From assembly GCA_028534125.1 (NCBI GenBank), contig CM052817.1:55554001-55618000 (forward strand): a DNA stretch of 64,000 nucleotides, read 5' to 3'. How positions within the stretch are numbered: position 1 is the stretch's first letter; the number at the start of each line of letters is the position of its first letter. The DNA comes from Lama glama (taxonomy: Eukaryota). Positions 39,541 to 52,530 of the stretch are shown one piece after another. Position numbers and translations under genes: made by a program. The notes beneath the pieces were generated by a model, which was not told the DNA's origin, made no database searches, and saw only the letters and a program-made list of their open reading frames with translations.

Positions 39541-39848
39541 TTTTGATAGACTATTTTAGAGCAGTTTTAGATCCACAGAAAAATTGAGCAGAAAGTATAG
39601 AAATTCCCTGTCTGTTCTCTCTTTGAACTCAGGCATAGCATCCCTGTTGGTCAACATCCCCTGCCAGAGTGTTTCCTTTGTCAAAATTGATGACCCTATA
39701 TTGATATATTATTATCACTCAAAGTCCATAGTTTATACCAGAGAGCACTCTTAGTGTTGTATATTCTCTGGGTTTGGACAAATGTATAATGACATGTATC
39801 CACAATTATAATATCACAAAGAATATTTCCACTGCCCTAAAACCTCTT
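39541..39848 (-). mobile_element. L1MC1/2-like 3' end
   Basis: TTTTAGAGCAGTTTTAGATCCACAGAAAAATTGAGCAGAAAGTATAG…AAAGTCCATAGTTTA…GGGTTTGGACAAATGTATAATGACATGTATCCAC. 15-bp TSD ACCTCTTAATATTTT at 39529-39543 and 39842-39856. Confidence 0.9.
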
Positions 39849-40997
39849 AATATTTTGTTTTCCAAAATAGATGTGTTTATGAATTTTGTCTTTAGTGTAA
39901 TTCCATTGTACTGTATTTGTGCTCTCCAAAAATAAAACAGTTTGAAAGACTGTCATGCCTTTCCACAGTGGATGGTGGCAAATTCAGAAGACCTTGTTGT
40001 CAATCTCACCATCATTGAAAAAATTTCTTCCCCTACAGGAGTAGTTAACTATAGAAAAGGGAAGAGATGGTAAGAGAGACTTCAAGGAATACAGTTGATT
40101 CATGCAGGAATGCACCTGGGCAAATCACATCTTTGACTCTGTCTTGGAGAACAGGAGAAAGGAGTTCCAGACAATTTTCTCTCTTTCTTGTTTCCTATCA
40201 CAGCATTATTAATCATTTTTTAAATCCCATAAATTAACTCCAGTCAGCCTTAGAAAGATTGTCTTCATCTTGTAACTTAGGCCATGTAAATGTCACCAGA
40301 TCAAAATCATGTTCATCATCACTCTATAAAATTATAAAGTCTGGGTCTTTACTCTGAAAGCCCTTTTCACTTGTCGAGGTGATAGGTGACCTGATTAATT
40401 AAAGTTAGGTCTTCAGGACAAAGGCTTCTGATGTCCTTCATTGCTTTAAGCCTTGATTTAATAGCTGTCTACCTTACAAAAACCAGTTTTCTACATCTAT
40501 AAAATTATATAAGTTAGAAGTATATCTGATAATAATATTAGACCTGGCAAAAGTTATATGTGAGTCACTTTAAAAAATTAGAATATTTTGAAATGTTGAA
40601 TAAAAATCTGATTGCTAGTGTAAACCATATTTTTCTGTCAATTTATATTATGTCAAAAGAAGTTTCTGGGTCTAACAATAAATTAAAAATTAGTAACATA
40701 GAAAATATCTTTTCCATAACAAAGGGAGAATTTTGTTTTCTTTTAAGAAATGGGAACAATATAATTTTGCATCATATTTTAAGTTTACCAACTGATGGGT
40801 CAAGAAGATACAAATATGTTTAAGAAAATTAAAATCTTGAACCCTTATGCATATTTTCAGATTTTCTTTCAATATCCAAAGTTCAAAGTCATCTTATGTC
40901 TCTTTAATGACCCTATAAATGGAGGAATAAGCAGATGTCATGAGGGAATTTGCTGTGTTAGCTGACTTTTGCAGGCATAAAATGGAAATATTCAAAC

Positions 40998-41609
40998 TGT
41001 TACCAGGAGGAGGAGAAAAAATACCTCAGTTCTTTGTCATCAAAAAAAAATTTTTTAACAAGAGACAAAAAGCATAATATAAACAAAAGATTTTACTAGT
41101 AAAGTGAAAAAGTAGTAAAATAATATACACCTCTGAGAATTGGGGTCAGGCCAACCCAACAGAGGGAAAAATGGCACTGCTCCTTTGTTCTCCTGTCTTG
41201 TATCCTGGCTTAGAGGGGATTGATTGATGGCTTACTTTTTTCTTTTTTTTTTTTTTTGAGTGCTCTGGCTGATTGATTGACAGCTCGGGTTCCTTGTGCT
41301 CAGGCATACCCATCTCTTTTACTCATGCTCTTACCCATGATGCACACAGAGAAGCCTCCAGGAAGGGGCTCAAACTGCAGTGTTAATTACATTATAATGA
41401 GCATTGGGTCAAGTTAAGCCAGGTCCTTCTCTCTACTGTGCAGCCGCAGTATTCAGTCCTAGCTGGCTTCTTTGCTGGCCCTCATTTGGAGAAAGTAAAA
41501 ATTTTTGAAGCCCCTTATCCTGAGTGCAGGTGTACTGTTATTTTCTGGGTTGCTCCTTCCCTCTTCCTCTCCCCCTGCCTGGTGCTCATTTCTATCTAGC
41601 TGCTTAACA
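40998..41609 (-). mobile_element. ERV1-class solo LTR with 4-bp TSD
   Basis: Termini TGTTA…TAACA (perfect 5-bp inverted ends), flanked by AAAC at 40994-40997 and 41610-41613. Strand inferred from GATTG repeats (CAATC on the minus strand). Confidence 0.8.
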
Positions 41610-42184
41610 AAACCATGTTTTTTACTACGATGCTTTATCAAAATGTTTGTTATAAAATAAAAGAGGTGGCATTCTGTTGGAAAAAAACGCATCAACATAA
41701 AGCTCTTTACTCACCATGACACAATTTATTTGTTTGTTTGGTTGTTCATTTGTTTTTGCTAGTGTTGTGATTTCCTAGATAAACATATGGTATCCACTTT
41801 CTTGCTTCGGACTTTCAAGTGTATTTATTATATGAACAGGCCTTTCTACAGAGGGTTTCTGAACACCGCATAAAGAAAATAGGAAATTTCATTGTTCCAA
41901 ACTTCCTGCTCTTTGATTTTTTAAACAGGATTTGGTTAATAAACTATTACATGCATCCACCATTAGTTTACTTCCCACAAATCCACTTCCCATAAAGCTA
42001 AAAAAATTGCTTTTCAAGATAGAATCCAAAATTATTCTGTTAGAACTAAAATAACAATTCATTTAACTGGCAATTTGAAGGCTGGTTATGTCAGAAAAGA
42101 TACAATTAAGAAATATAAAAAGCAAACGTCATTAATCTAACACAGACTCTATTAGAGGGCTAAATCCTAAGTCATCAGTTGGAC

Positions 42185-42390
42185 AGTCTTAACTTCCCCA
42201 CAGAGTTAGTTTCTCCTTTCTCTCTGATTCCATGGAACTCTGTAGCTTTTTTCCCAGCATTACAATCATCCATTTGCCTGCCGGTGTTCCCATTATAGTG
42301 TTCCTCTAGCTCAAGGGCTGTGCTTGCTCTTTGTAGACATCTCAGTGCCTGAATAGTCAATGCATGAAGATAAGAATACATTAATTAACA
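42185..42390 (+). mobile_element. L2 LINE 3' end
   Basis: AGAGTTAGTTTCTCCTTTCTCTCTGATTCCATGGAACTCTGT…CTCAAGGGCTGTG…TCTCAGTGCCTGAATAG. Confidence 0.55.
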
Positions 42391-43269
42391 TCAGTAAGAA
42401 AAAGTTGAAATCTAGCTTGATGTACTTGATTGTTCAAATGTAAAAGAATATATTTATAGTGATTTTTTAAAAGATATTAAATAGTAAAATATATTATTTG
42501 TGTGCTTTTTTAAAAATACTGAACTGTGTGAGATGAAAGGAATTAATATATATTGAATGCTTTGTTGGCTCCTTGGATGGGAAGTAAACAAATCTAGTTA
42601 ATTTAACAAAGGAAGGGGGAGAGGAGAGAGGGAGAGAAAATATAAGGGTACTATTAATCAAGTGTTAGTAATTAGGGTTTGAATTTTAATCATAGAAACC
42701 TATCTAGCTTGTGTATTCAATAAACCTGGAAATTTGCTTTCTGCCATTTCCACTTTGGACTTTTTAAAAAAGTAATCTCTATTATTTCATGTGACAGGGA
42801 CATAAGGCAGTCTGTGCTCTCTTAGCTATTTCTTGTCAGATAACCTGGAAAATGCATTTGTTCCTTCTTCTCTTTAAAGTATCCAAAGTAGAAATAAGCT
42901 TATTCCTAAGATTAGCCTGAAACTAAGATCAAGCTCTATTTAATAAACTTTTGTAATGAAGGATAGTGCAACTTTTTTGAACCCATTATGCAAAATATTC
43001 TCACGGTTATAATCTGTCATTAAAGGGTTCCACTAGAGGATAGTTGGTGGGAAACACACTGGCAGGGGTGCGGGGTGGAGTTTTTTGTTTTTTGTTTTTT
43101 AAGTAAACGCTAGAGAACTTCTTTTGCCAAAATTTCAGTCCTTGGAATTCATTGTGGAATAATGCATAGTAGTTAAAGCTAATTGAACACAATCCAAGGC
43201 CACTTTTGTGAACAGATAATTTTTAATAAATTAGTGCAAAGTAACTTAATTGTTACATGGATGTGACAC

Positions 43270-43475
43270 CTATTGATTTCAAATCCTAGCTTTGCTACTT
43301 GTATGCTATTTGATCTTGAGCAAAGTACTGTGTTTTCTGTAAAATAATCCCAATGTATCTACAAAATGAAGATAATCATGCTTAACTCATGAAGTTGCCA
43401 TGAGACTAACTTAAGAAAAGATATATAAAATGTCTACCACAGTGCCTGGCCCAGAGTCAATGTTCTGTGAAGAGT
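43270..43475 (+). mobile_element. MIR SINE
   Basis: TTCAAATCCTAGCTTTGCTACTT…TGATCTTGAGCAA…ATCTACAAAATGAAGATAAT…CACAGTGCCTGGCCCAGAGT. Confidence 0.8.
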
Positions 43476-45774
43476 ATGTACTTACCCACATAAATGTCTA
43501 GAGATTTTTAAATCATTGGCCCAAATCATGCATCTGATATGTAAAGCTTTTAATTCATGTCGGATAATATAGTCCTCTTCTGTCTCTATAGCCCATTTTC
43601 CATTACTCTCCACAGGCTTCCTAACAAACATGTGAGTTTGAAAATTTAACAAACATGAAAATGAAATCTAGGCAAATTCTCCATCTCTTAGCAACAGGAA
43701 TTTTTCTAGCCATTTCAGGTTATTGCAGGTTATATAAGAATAATAAATAATGTTTGTCTTGCAAAAAAGAATGGAAATTCTCAGCAGTTTACATACTTTA
43801 ATAGCTGCTTGTACTTTCTACTTGAGTTTTATTTTTTTCGATCCTTAAATTACTATTATTGACCAAATAGGAAGGCAACTATCAAATGTAATTGTGTCTT
43901 AAAAGGAACACTTGAAAATTCTCCTTTGGAAGAAATAATTGCAATTTTATATTCTCAGATGATTTCATCCTTTCTCTCTTTTACTTCTACTGTTTAATAA
44001 GGGGAGGAGGGAGGTTTTATTTTCTCTTCTTAGAGAATTTTGTTCGGTATTCCAATTTGTTCAGTATTTCCTGGAAAGAAAATATGATTGGCGTTTGGGA
44101 TAAGAGAAGGTATAGAATCTATACCAAGATCCCAGGTTATAAACACTACCAGGAACAAAAATAAAGAAAAAAGAAGCATCAGCATTTCCTTTTATTCCTT
44201 TCAAATTTCCAACAATGAGATATAGAGTATTAATAACTGTATTTTCCATCCCAGCTTAAAATTCTAAATAGCTATAGAACTATACTTTTCCTTATCAGAG
44301 TTCAGTCGTATAGTTAAGATATACTTTTCTTATTGTCTTTTTGATCATGAAAACAGTGCTAGTAAATTTGAAGAATCAAAGTATTTAATTACCATATCAA
44401 CAGTAAAACAAAGTAAAGGATAATACAGCTCACCTATTTTTATAAGATGGAGATTGCTTCTATAAAGCCGTGTAACTCAGACAAACTGATCTTATTTACT
44501 AAAGCAACAGTAACTTGATTTACATTGTCAGATAAAATTAGATGGCACAAATACAAGGAATGGAATTGTAATCTAACATCAAAGGACTTTTCTTTTTAAA
44601 ATATTAAGTTGGGTAATCAAGGATTTTTTACTTCACCTTTAACATATATACTGTATATAAATTTATAAATAGGTATATTTCAATGAAAGAATAAAAAGCG
44701 GAACAAATGAAAGGATACAAACATTAAATATAATGTTTATTTGCATTAATAATTTGTAATAAATGACAACGTTAATTGAATATCATTGGGCATAATAAGG
44801 CCACAGATTTTCTAACGTGTCACTGTTACTAACGATTTGCTAAAGGTTCTCAGAGATTTGCAAATTCTTGGCTCATTAATGTTTTGCTGATAGTTTGTCT
44901 TCATTATTACTATCAGCATTTTTCTAATTCCATTTATTTCCATAACACCTAGGTTTTTTACTATAGAGAATACACATAATTTTCTGTCTATAACCTGTTA
45001 TGTCTGAACACAATTATTCATCTTACAGAAATGTTATCAATTTCCTAGGTGCCTAAAAGTTCACTATAGCAAAGCAAGCTTGATGGATAGGACCATGGGA
45101 ATAGCTAGTTTTATATGGAAGTGATCTTGTTTCCCACTATACTCTGTCCCTTAATTTCTTAAAGAATCATTGGGCTGCTCTGTTGGGATTATCCCCAAGA
45201 ACATGGGGCAGAGTGATAGGAGCCCCCCGAACATGAGATAAACTGATACTTCTCTCTGTAATCTCTCACTTACCCTAAGATTAGAAGTGATATTTGTATT
45301 ATAAGTAATATCTAATGTTGGACACATGCATGATTTTTTTACTGTTAATAAATAAATTAATACATACATACATAACATATATAATATTATTTAGATGGAA
45401 AATAGGATTTGTATGAAATCTTACCCCCAACCTTGAATATAGATGTTTCTTTCTTTATAATATGTGAATCCAAATGTCTGAAGATCTCAGATGAAGTGTG
45501 GTTAATATCATTATTTCCTTTTACATGAACTCTAAAGGGAGTGTGCAATCTTCAACCCCATTTCCACCCCGTATTACACTGGTGGGAGGAGCTCTGGTGA
45601 TTGCTCTGTATAAAGAGGACTAAAGAAAACAAATTATACACAAGAATATTTTTCTAGAAAAAATTCTGACAATTAATTTGTCTCTATAATTCTTTTAAAT
45701 TTTACCAAATTTAGATGCTGTAATGTGGTCTTTTTCAATTTATTTTACTCCAATATTAAAATATATATATTCAA

Positions 45775-47285
45775 TTAAAAATTAGAAATTCTTCCCAGTG
45801 ACTTTTTTTTCACAGAAATAGAAAAAGAATTGTTCTAAAATTTATTTGAAATCTCTAAATAGATAAAACAACCTTGGGAAAATAAAGAACAAATTTGGAA
45901 GTTTCACACTTCCTGATTTCAAAGCTTACACTAAAGCTACAGTAATCAAACAATGTGATACTGGTATGAAGACAGACATTAAAGACCATTAGAATAGGGT
46001 AGCTAGCCCAGAAATAAACCCTCTCATATATGGACAAATGATTTTCAACATGAGTTCTAAAAGTATTAAATGGGGGGAAAAATCTTTTCAACAAATGGTT
46101 TTGGGAAAACTGGATAACCACATGAAAAAGAATGATGTTGAATTCTTAACCTTACTACCGGAGTATACAAAAATTGACTCAAAATTGGATTAAATGTCAG
46201 AACTAAAAATCTTAGAAGAAAACATAGGGTAAGAACTTTATAACATAGAATTTGACAATGGATTCTTGGCTATGACAGCACAGGAAAAATGGACACATTG
46301 AGTTTCATTAAAATTAAAAAACTTTTGTGTGCCAAAGAAACTATGAGTAGAGTGAAATGTCATTTTACGTAATGGATAAAAAACATTTGCAGATCGTCCA
46401 TCTGATAAGTGGCCAATACTCAAAATATATAAAGAACTCCTACTATTCAACAAAAATCAAATAATTTAATTTAAAAATGGGGGAAAGACTTGAATAGACA
46501 TTATTTTTTCCAACAGAATATACAAATGGCTAATAAACACAGGAAAAAATGCTCAGTATCATTAATCATTAAGGAATTACAAATCAAAACCACAGTAAGA
46601 TACCATTCATACCCATTTGGATGGTTACTATAAAACAAACAACAGAAAATAACAAGTATTGATGAGGATGTGGAGAAACTGGAATCCTTGTATATTGTTT
46701 GTGGGAATGTAAAATGGTGTGGCTGCTATGGAAAACAGCATGGCAGTTCTTCAAAATAATGAAAATGGAATTACTATATGATCCAGTCATTCCCTTCTGG
46801 ATGTATACGCAAAAGAATTGAAAGCAGTGAGTCCAAGAGATGTTTGTACACCCGTGTTAATAGCTGAACTATTCACAATAGTCAAAATGTGGAGACAACC
46901 CAAGTCTCCATAAATAAATTAATGAATAAACAAAGTATAGTATACAATGGGATATTGTTCATCTCTAAAAAGGAAGGAAATTCTGAAATGCTACAGGATG
47001 GATTAATCTTGAAGACATTATGCTAAATAAAATAAACCAGTCATAAAAAAACAAATACTATGTAATTCCACTTATATGAAGTAGCTAAAATAATCAAATT
47101 CATAGAGACAAAAAGAATGGTAGCCAGGGGATGGAGGGGAGGACTGAGGAGTTACTGTTTAATGGGTACAAAGTTTCAATTTTGGAAGATGAAAAATGTT
47201 CAAAAATGATGGTGATCTTTGCTCAATGAGTGTACTTAATGCTACTAAAGGATATACTTTAAAAATTCTCAAATGGTAGAAAAGA
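45775..47285 (+). mobile_element. L1 (L1MB-like) ORF2 3' part and 3' UTR
   Basis: Continuous L1 similarity: CACACTTCCTGATTTCAAAGCTTAC…, AAACTGGATAACCACATG…, GGAATTACAAATCAAAACCACAGTAAGATACC…, ATCAAATTCATAGAGACA…. Confidence 0.92.
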
Positions 47286-48269
47286 ACTAAGATATTTTTC
47301 TCTTAAGGCTCAGATAAAGTCAAATTTCACTATTTGAACTCTTATTGTTTAATTTGTGATTTGTTTTATTATTTTGTAGAAAGAAATATCAGTTTGAGAG
47401 CTTTTTTTTACATCAATTTTAGTTAGCAAAAATCTTGAAATTATTTTGGCTCCACTCATCTGTGTTGACTGAAAACTTTCAACTAATTTTATACAAGTTG
47501 CAACCAAAATGTAGAGCACTCACAAAAAAATGTAATGCCATTTTAGCAAAGTTAGGTTAATTTACAAAGTAGTTATTCAAAGATAAAAACATTGCCAAAA
47601 TCTAACTGATAGAGGCAGCTATCAATATATTCTAACACACAGAAATTTATATTTTTATCTCAACATTTTTATGTAACAAGTAATTATATTTAAAATATTT
47701 TTAAATTTTGACAATTTCCCTTATTTAATGTTACAACCTATTTAGATGCCATTTTTATTATATGTGTATATTAAACAATTGCAAATATATTTCTGCTCCA
47801 TAGTTTTCTCATTTACTACGTGATGTGTTTACCAAGATCATGTGCTATACCAAAATTTGTATTAAATGTGTTACTATTACAAACACAATTTTGTCTTGAA
47901 TGTTGAACTTCCTACCTGAATTTATATTAATAATCCCAAGGATTCAGGTTTTTCATGCCAAAAGCCTTACTAATTGATTCCATGAAATGGATGAAAAAAC
48001 TAAACCATTGTTGAAATTAATTTAGCTGATTTTCTATTTGAAGAATATCATGTTAACAATATAAGCTTTTTTTTCTGCAAACCTCTGCTGCTGTAATGAA
48101 GCCAGTCAATTAACATCTATCACCTCACTTTCAACATGTACAAATAAATAAGCAAGATTATTTCAGAAGAGTAATTATTTAAGTGAAAAGTCATGTTTCA
48201 CAGAGATACATATGAGCCAAACTTCTACAACTGCACTTGATAAGTCATCAAGTTTGAAGATACTGTTCA

Positions 48270-48442
48270 ATAACTGCTTAGATGAAGCCCACCAGCATTA
48301 TGAAGGATAATCTGCTTTATTCAAAGTCTTGATTTAAAAGTTAATCCAAAAAGTACCTTCATAGCAACCTCCAGACAAACGATTGACCAAATATCCAGGC
48401 ATTGTGATGTTACCAAGTTGATACATAAAACTAACCACCACA
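48270..48442 (-). mobile_element. MLT2 (ERVL LTR) fragment
   Basis: GATAATCTGCTTTATTCAAAGTC…CAAGTTGATACATAAAACTAACCACCACA is homologous to 3330-3475. Confidence 0.8.
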
Positions 48443-48591
48443 AGGCTGCTAAATGAAGTAGAACCTCTATAACAAATACGGAATTTCCAAATAGCACAAT
48501 ATATTCGTGTCTTGATATGACTGCCTCACCAATCAGAAAAGTAGTTCTGGCCTGAGAAAATGAGAGGGATGTTTTATTCTATTGTTTTGAG

Positions 48592-48800
48592 CAAACACTG
48601 GCAAACTAGGTTTTGAGGGTTAAATCCCATTAGCCATCTTTTTTGTAAGTAAAGTTTTATTGAAACACTGTTTAGCGGCATTGTCCACAGCTGCTTTCAT
48701 GCTACAAAGGCAGAGTCCAGTAGTTGTCTCACAGAATTTATGGCTCAAAGATTAAAATATTACTACATCTTTATTTATAGAAAATATTTGCCAGCCCTTG
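48592..48800. mobile_element. hAT-Charlie MITE (MER58A-like)
   Basis: TGGCAAACTA…TTTTGTAAGTAAAGTTTTATTGAAACAC…GCTGCTTTCATGCTACAAAGGCAGAGT…TTTGCCAGCCCTTG. Confidence 0.85.
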
Positions 48801-50204
48801 GCCTGGAGTCAAAACCTCCTTGTATTACCTGAATTTTGTAGAATTTAAAAATATGAAACAGGTAAGGTCCAAGAGAAATAAAGCTATATTGTCTGAAAAT
48901 ATTTTCATCATGCTTTCACTCTGTCAAGCAGTGGGAAATTGCTCCAGTTGGTGCTAGAATTGTGCTCTTAGTAATGCTGAGGTAATTATAGCATGTACTT
49001 GAATGAAATGGGCATGAAAATGTCTTATGTTTAGAAACTGCAACCAAGGTTTTCAAGGGACTACTTTTGTATTTGAGATGTTACCATTCATTGCAAGAGC
49101 TTTACTAAATATTGAAAAAGTCAGAGTAACTATTCTCAAGACTTGTAAAATATATCCTTGGAACTGCTGAATTATGCAAACTGAGTAGGTTTTAAAATGT
49201 GACCAGATAGGCTGTTAGGAAATTAACTCTCAACTAGTTTTCCAGTTGAGGCAACTTACGCTTTTTAATCACAAAACGTGCCCTATCCCACTATATTTTG
49301 CATAGAGAATAATGCATTCAATAATTTGGCTTCAAAGGCTAATGTGGTCATGAAAATTCAGTGTTTGTAGCCACTCAAACTAATTGTTCCATTGAAAATA
49401 TAATGAAGAAGCCATAAAGGAATTTCATAGATTTTTCAAAGTGCTGGAGCAATAAATGATCCCTTGCGGTTCCTCTTTGAAACATTATTTTCTGTGCTTC
49501 ACAGCTCTTACTAACAGAATGAGAAATATCCGGGATGTATTTATGCATTAAAGGAATATGGACATTCCTGGCCAAGGCACAGATGGTGAGAATTAAAGCT
49601 CATTCCTAGGGATGGGATTCAATACATGAATACAGAGATGCTGATAAATGATTTAAAGAGAAGTAGTTAACTATAGAGTGTGAAATCTTTCTAAGAGACA
49701 TCTGAAGCTATTACTGTATTACCAGGTGATTCTCCAAATATGTTTTCATAGATCTCTTTAAAGATAGATTACATTTATTTTTATGATATAAAAATTTTAA
49801 GCCTGTGCTTATGCCATTTGGAAAGTAATAGACAAAGCATTTATGCCAATAGGGATCAGGAAAGAAAAAATGAAATTACTTACATTAAAATAAAAGGTTA
49901 TATTATATCTGGTATTTTAGCTAAAATGCTGTTGTTCAAACCAAATATTAGCGCCCTCCATTAACTCCACCCCACTCAATCAGAAACATATAGTCTATAT
50001 TCAGATCATCAGCATTGGCAGCCATCCTGGGGTTAAGGCATGAATTTTATTTTCTGTTTCCTAATTATTGCTGAAATTTATTTGCTCATTCTTGCATAAA
50101 ATAATGTAACATTTACGGTCTATTTTTTAAATGTCTTTTATTAGTATATGTTACTTGCCAACTATGTATTTAAGGCATTGGATTTGCAAAGAAAGAGTAA
50201 TATT

Positions 50205-50340
50205 TCTGGTAGAATTCTAAGATGATCCCCAATGACCAAAACCATCAAATAAAACCCTTGCATTTTAAGTGATCAGGACCTCTGAATATTATGGTTTATC
50301 GCTTCCATGATTAAGTTGTTTTATGGCACAAACAGAAAGT
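50205..50340 (+). mobile_element. MaLR LTR 5' fragment (MLT1E/F/G-like)
   Basis: GGTAGAATTCTAAGATGATCCCCAATGA…CAGGACCTCTGAATAT…CCATGATTAAGTTGTTTTATGGCA. Confidence 0.65.
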
Positions 50341-52349
50341 AACCTGACATTTTTAGAGAAGAGAGGAAAGTTATTTTTTTGGCTACTTAACATTAGGCAA
50401 CTTTTTTAATCCAGAAGAAAAATAGATAAAACAGTATAAACTCCATGACTTATTTATTCATCAAATTATTATTTCAGTTAGCTATAATTTATAAGATAAA
50501 TTGGACTGGCTATTGATGAAAAATTGAAGATAAATTTTAAAAATACATCATCCCAATTTTTGCTCCATTTTGATTAGAAGTTTTTAAAAAGCTATCCTGA
50601 GGTTGCTAAAATTGCTTTAAATTTTTCTTTTGTTCTCATTCAAATACTTAGATTGTTTTCTCCTATGAGTGATGATAAAATAAGAAAAACTAGAAACCGT
50701 TTAGCTATAGAGTGTCAGTTGCTGTATCATTGTCATCAAACCAATTTAGATAAGATAAATTGACAAATAAGAAGCAAACTCATCACTTAAAACTTTATAT
50801 ACTGATATACATAATGTTCAAAGTATGCAAATACACCTTAAATATGGATAATTTCATTTCACTAATAGCATCCTATTTATTTGCATTGCAAAAGATCAAA
50901 TAGCTATGCATGTAAAATCACTTTCTGTATATATTGCCTGTGTGTTTATTTTTAATATACATTTTATGATATGTTTTTATTGTATTTATTGAAATGTAAT
51001 TTTAGCATTAAAAATTGGGGTTTATAATTTGAGTGAACTTTTTGAAATTTCATTCTCTGGTTCTTAGTCATTTTTGTTTTTGTGTAGGTGTGTTTTATAG
51101 AAGAATCAATCTATGAAAGATAGGTTCAAGAAATCTGGCTTTTCTTCATGAGTTTGGGAAGCAATATCCTAGATTTAGACACAATTTTTTTAAAGTTTTA
51201 TGCAGAATATATTTTTAAAGTCATGGCTAGGTATGGCTTCTTAATATAGGGCTGACTCAAGGGCTGGAATAGGATTGAGATGCTAATGGTGGGTCATTCA
51301 TAGATTTGGTTGTCAAAAGCAAGTAAGAATGGAGGTATGAGTTGTATTTGATATTTATTACAAATAAATACAAAGGAAGGTAAGAGTAATAAAAAGCTGG
51401 AGAAATAAATATCCTAAAATATATTCAAAGCTGTTCTGAATAAAATCTAAAAGGATGAGTATCTAAAGAAACTTCTGAGTTGCACAGGAAGTTCTCTGTT
51501 GAGCTCCCTCTAAAAGGGCTAGGAGAGAGTCATAAATACCAAAAGAGAAATAAAAATATAAATCCAGAAGATTCAATTACCTTTACTTGGCTTTTGGAAA
51601 AAAGCAGTGAAAACATCAGTAGATTTAAGGATCACCAAAACATTGGCCCCTCAGCGATAAAAAGGTATTGTTGGAAAATTCTCAGTGATCCTTAACCACC
51701 CTGAAGCCCAAGTAGCCTCTGCAGGTAGCCGTCAAGGTAGCAGGAAAGGCAGCACTGATTCGGTTGCTAGACATCAAAAGATGCGCGTTTCTTAGAATGA
51801 GGTGAAAATTTAGGTCTTTGTTGTTTGTTAAAAAGCTAACTTTAACAAAAACAACAGTCTCAAAGGATGCTTCAAAACTTACCAAGCAGGAATTGTGATG
51901 ACAATATGCCATGAAGATGGGAGGTGGGAGGTTAGAATTGCACAGCTCACAGTCTGTGCCAAGGATCAACAGCTGATACGAATTTTAGAAGTGAAAAAAT
52001 TATCTGGTTAGAAATTTGACTTCAGATTTTTGCATGTGAACCTGCAGCATTTGGAAGCCCTGGAGCAAGTTTTACTCCAGGAATTTTCTTCTCCTCTCAC
52101 TTTGACTGCCAGGTCATGTTAATGAGGGGCAGTCCAGCTTGTGCAGTTCGCAAGTGGTTTCCTAGCATGTGAAGCTCAAGGACAAAATGAAGGGTCATAG
52201 TCTGAGATATGCCAAAAATCAAATCAGGTGGCAAATGCCAAAGATGACTCCAGTCCAAGGAAATGTATGGCCAACAAGGGTCAAATAATGGACTAGAATT
52301 AGAAGTGAGGAATAAGAAAAAGTAAGAAATTATAATATTAATAAGAAAG

Positions 52350-52530
52350 TAACAATGACAACAGTAATACCTATCATAAATTACTTGTTCTAGGCACTGT
52401 CCTAGGCACGTTAGGTATATTAATTCATTTAACTCTCTACATATTTAAGGAATGGACCTTCTTATTACCAATTTTTTGTTTACAGATATAGAGTTTGAGG
52501 TACAGTGAGGATAAAACTTGTTCATATTCA
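52350..52530 (-). mobile_element. MIR SINE
   Basis: CTAGGCACTGTCCTAGGCAC…ATTAATTCATTTAA…TTTACAGATA…TGAGGTACAG. Confidence 0.75.

Noticed and set aside
44020..44100. Minus-strand acceptor TTTTCTTTCCAG followed by EILNKLEYRTKFSKKRK-stop as a terminal exon
   Set aside because: No upstream coding exons or recognisable protein; such acceptors are common in AT-rich DNA.
3030..48442. Two same-strand MLT2 LTRs as the ends of one provirus
   Set aside because: They are 45 kb apart across an assembly gap, the second is a short fragment, and there is no shared TSD or adjoining internal sequence.
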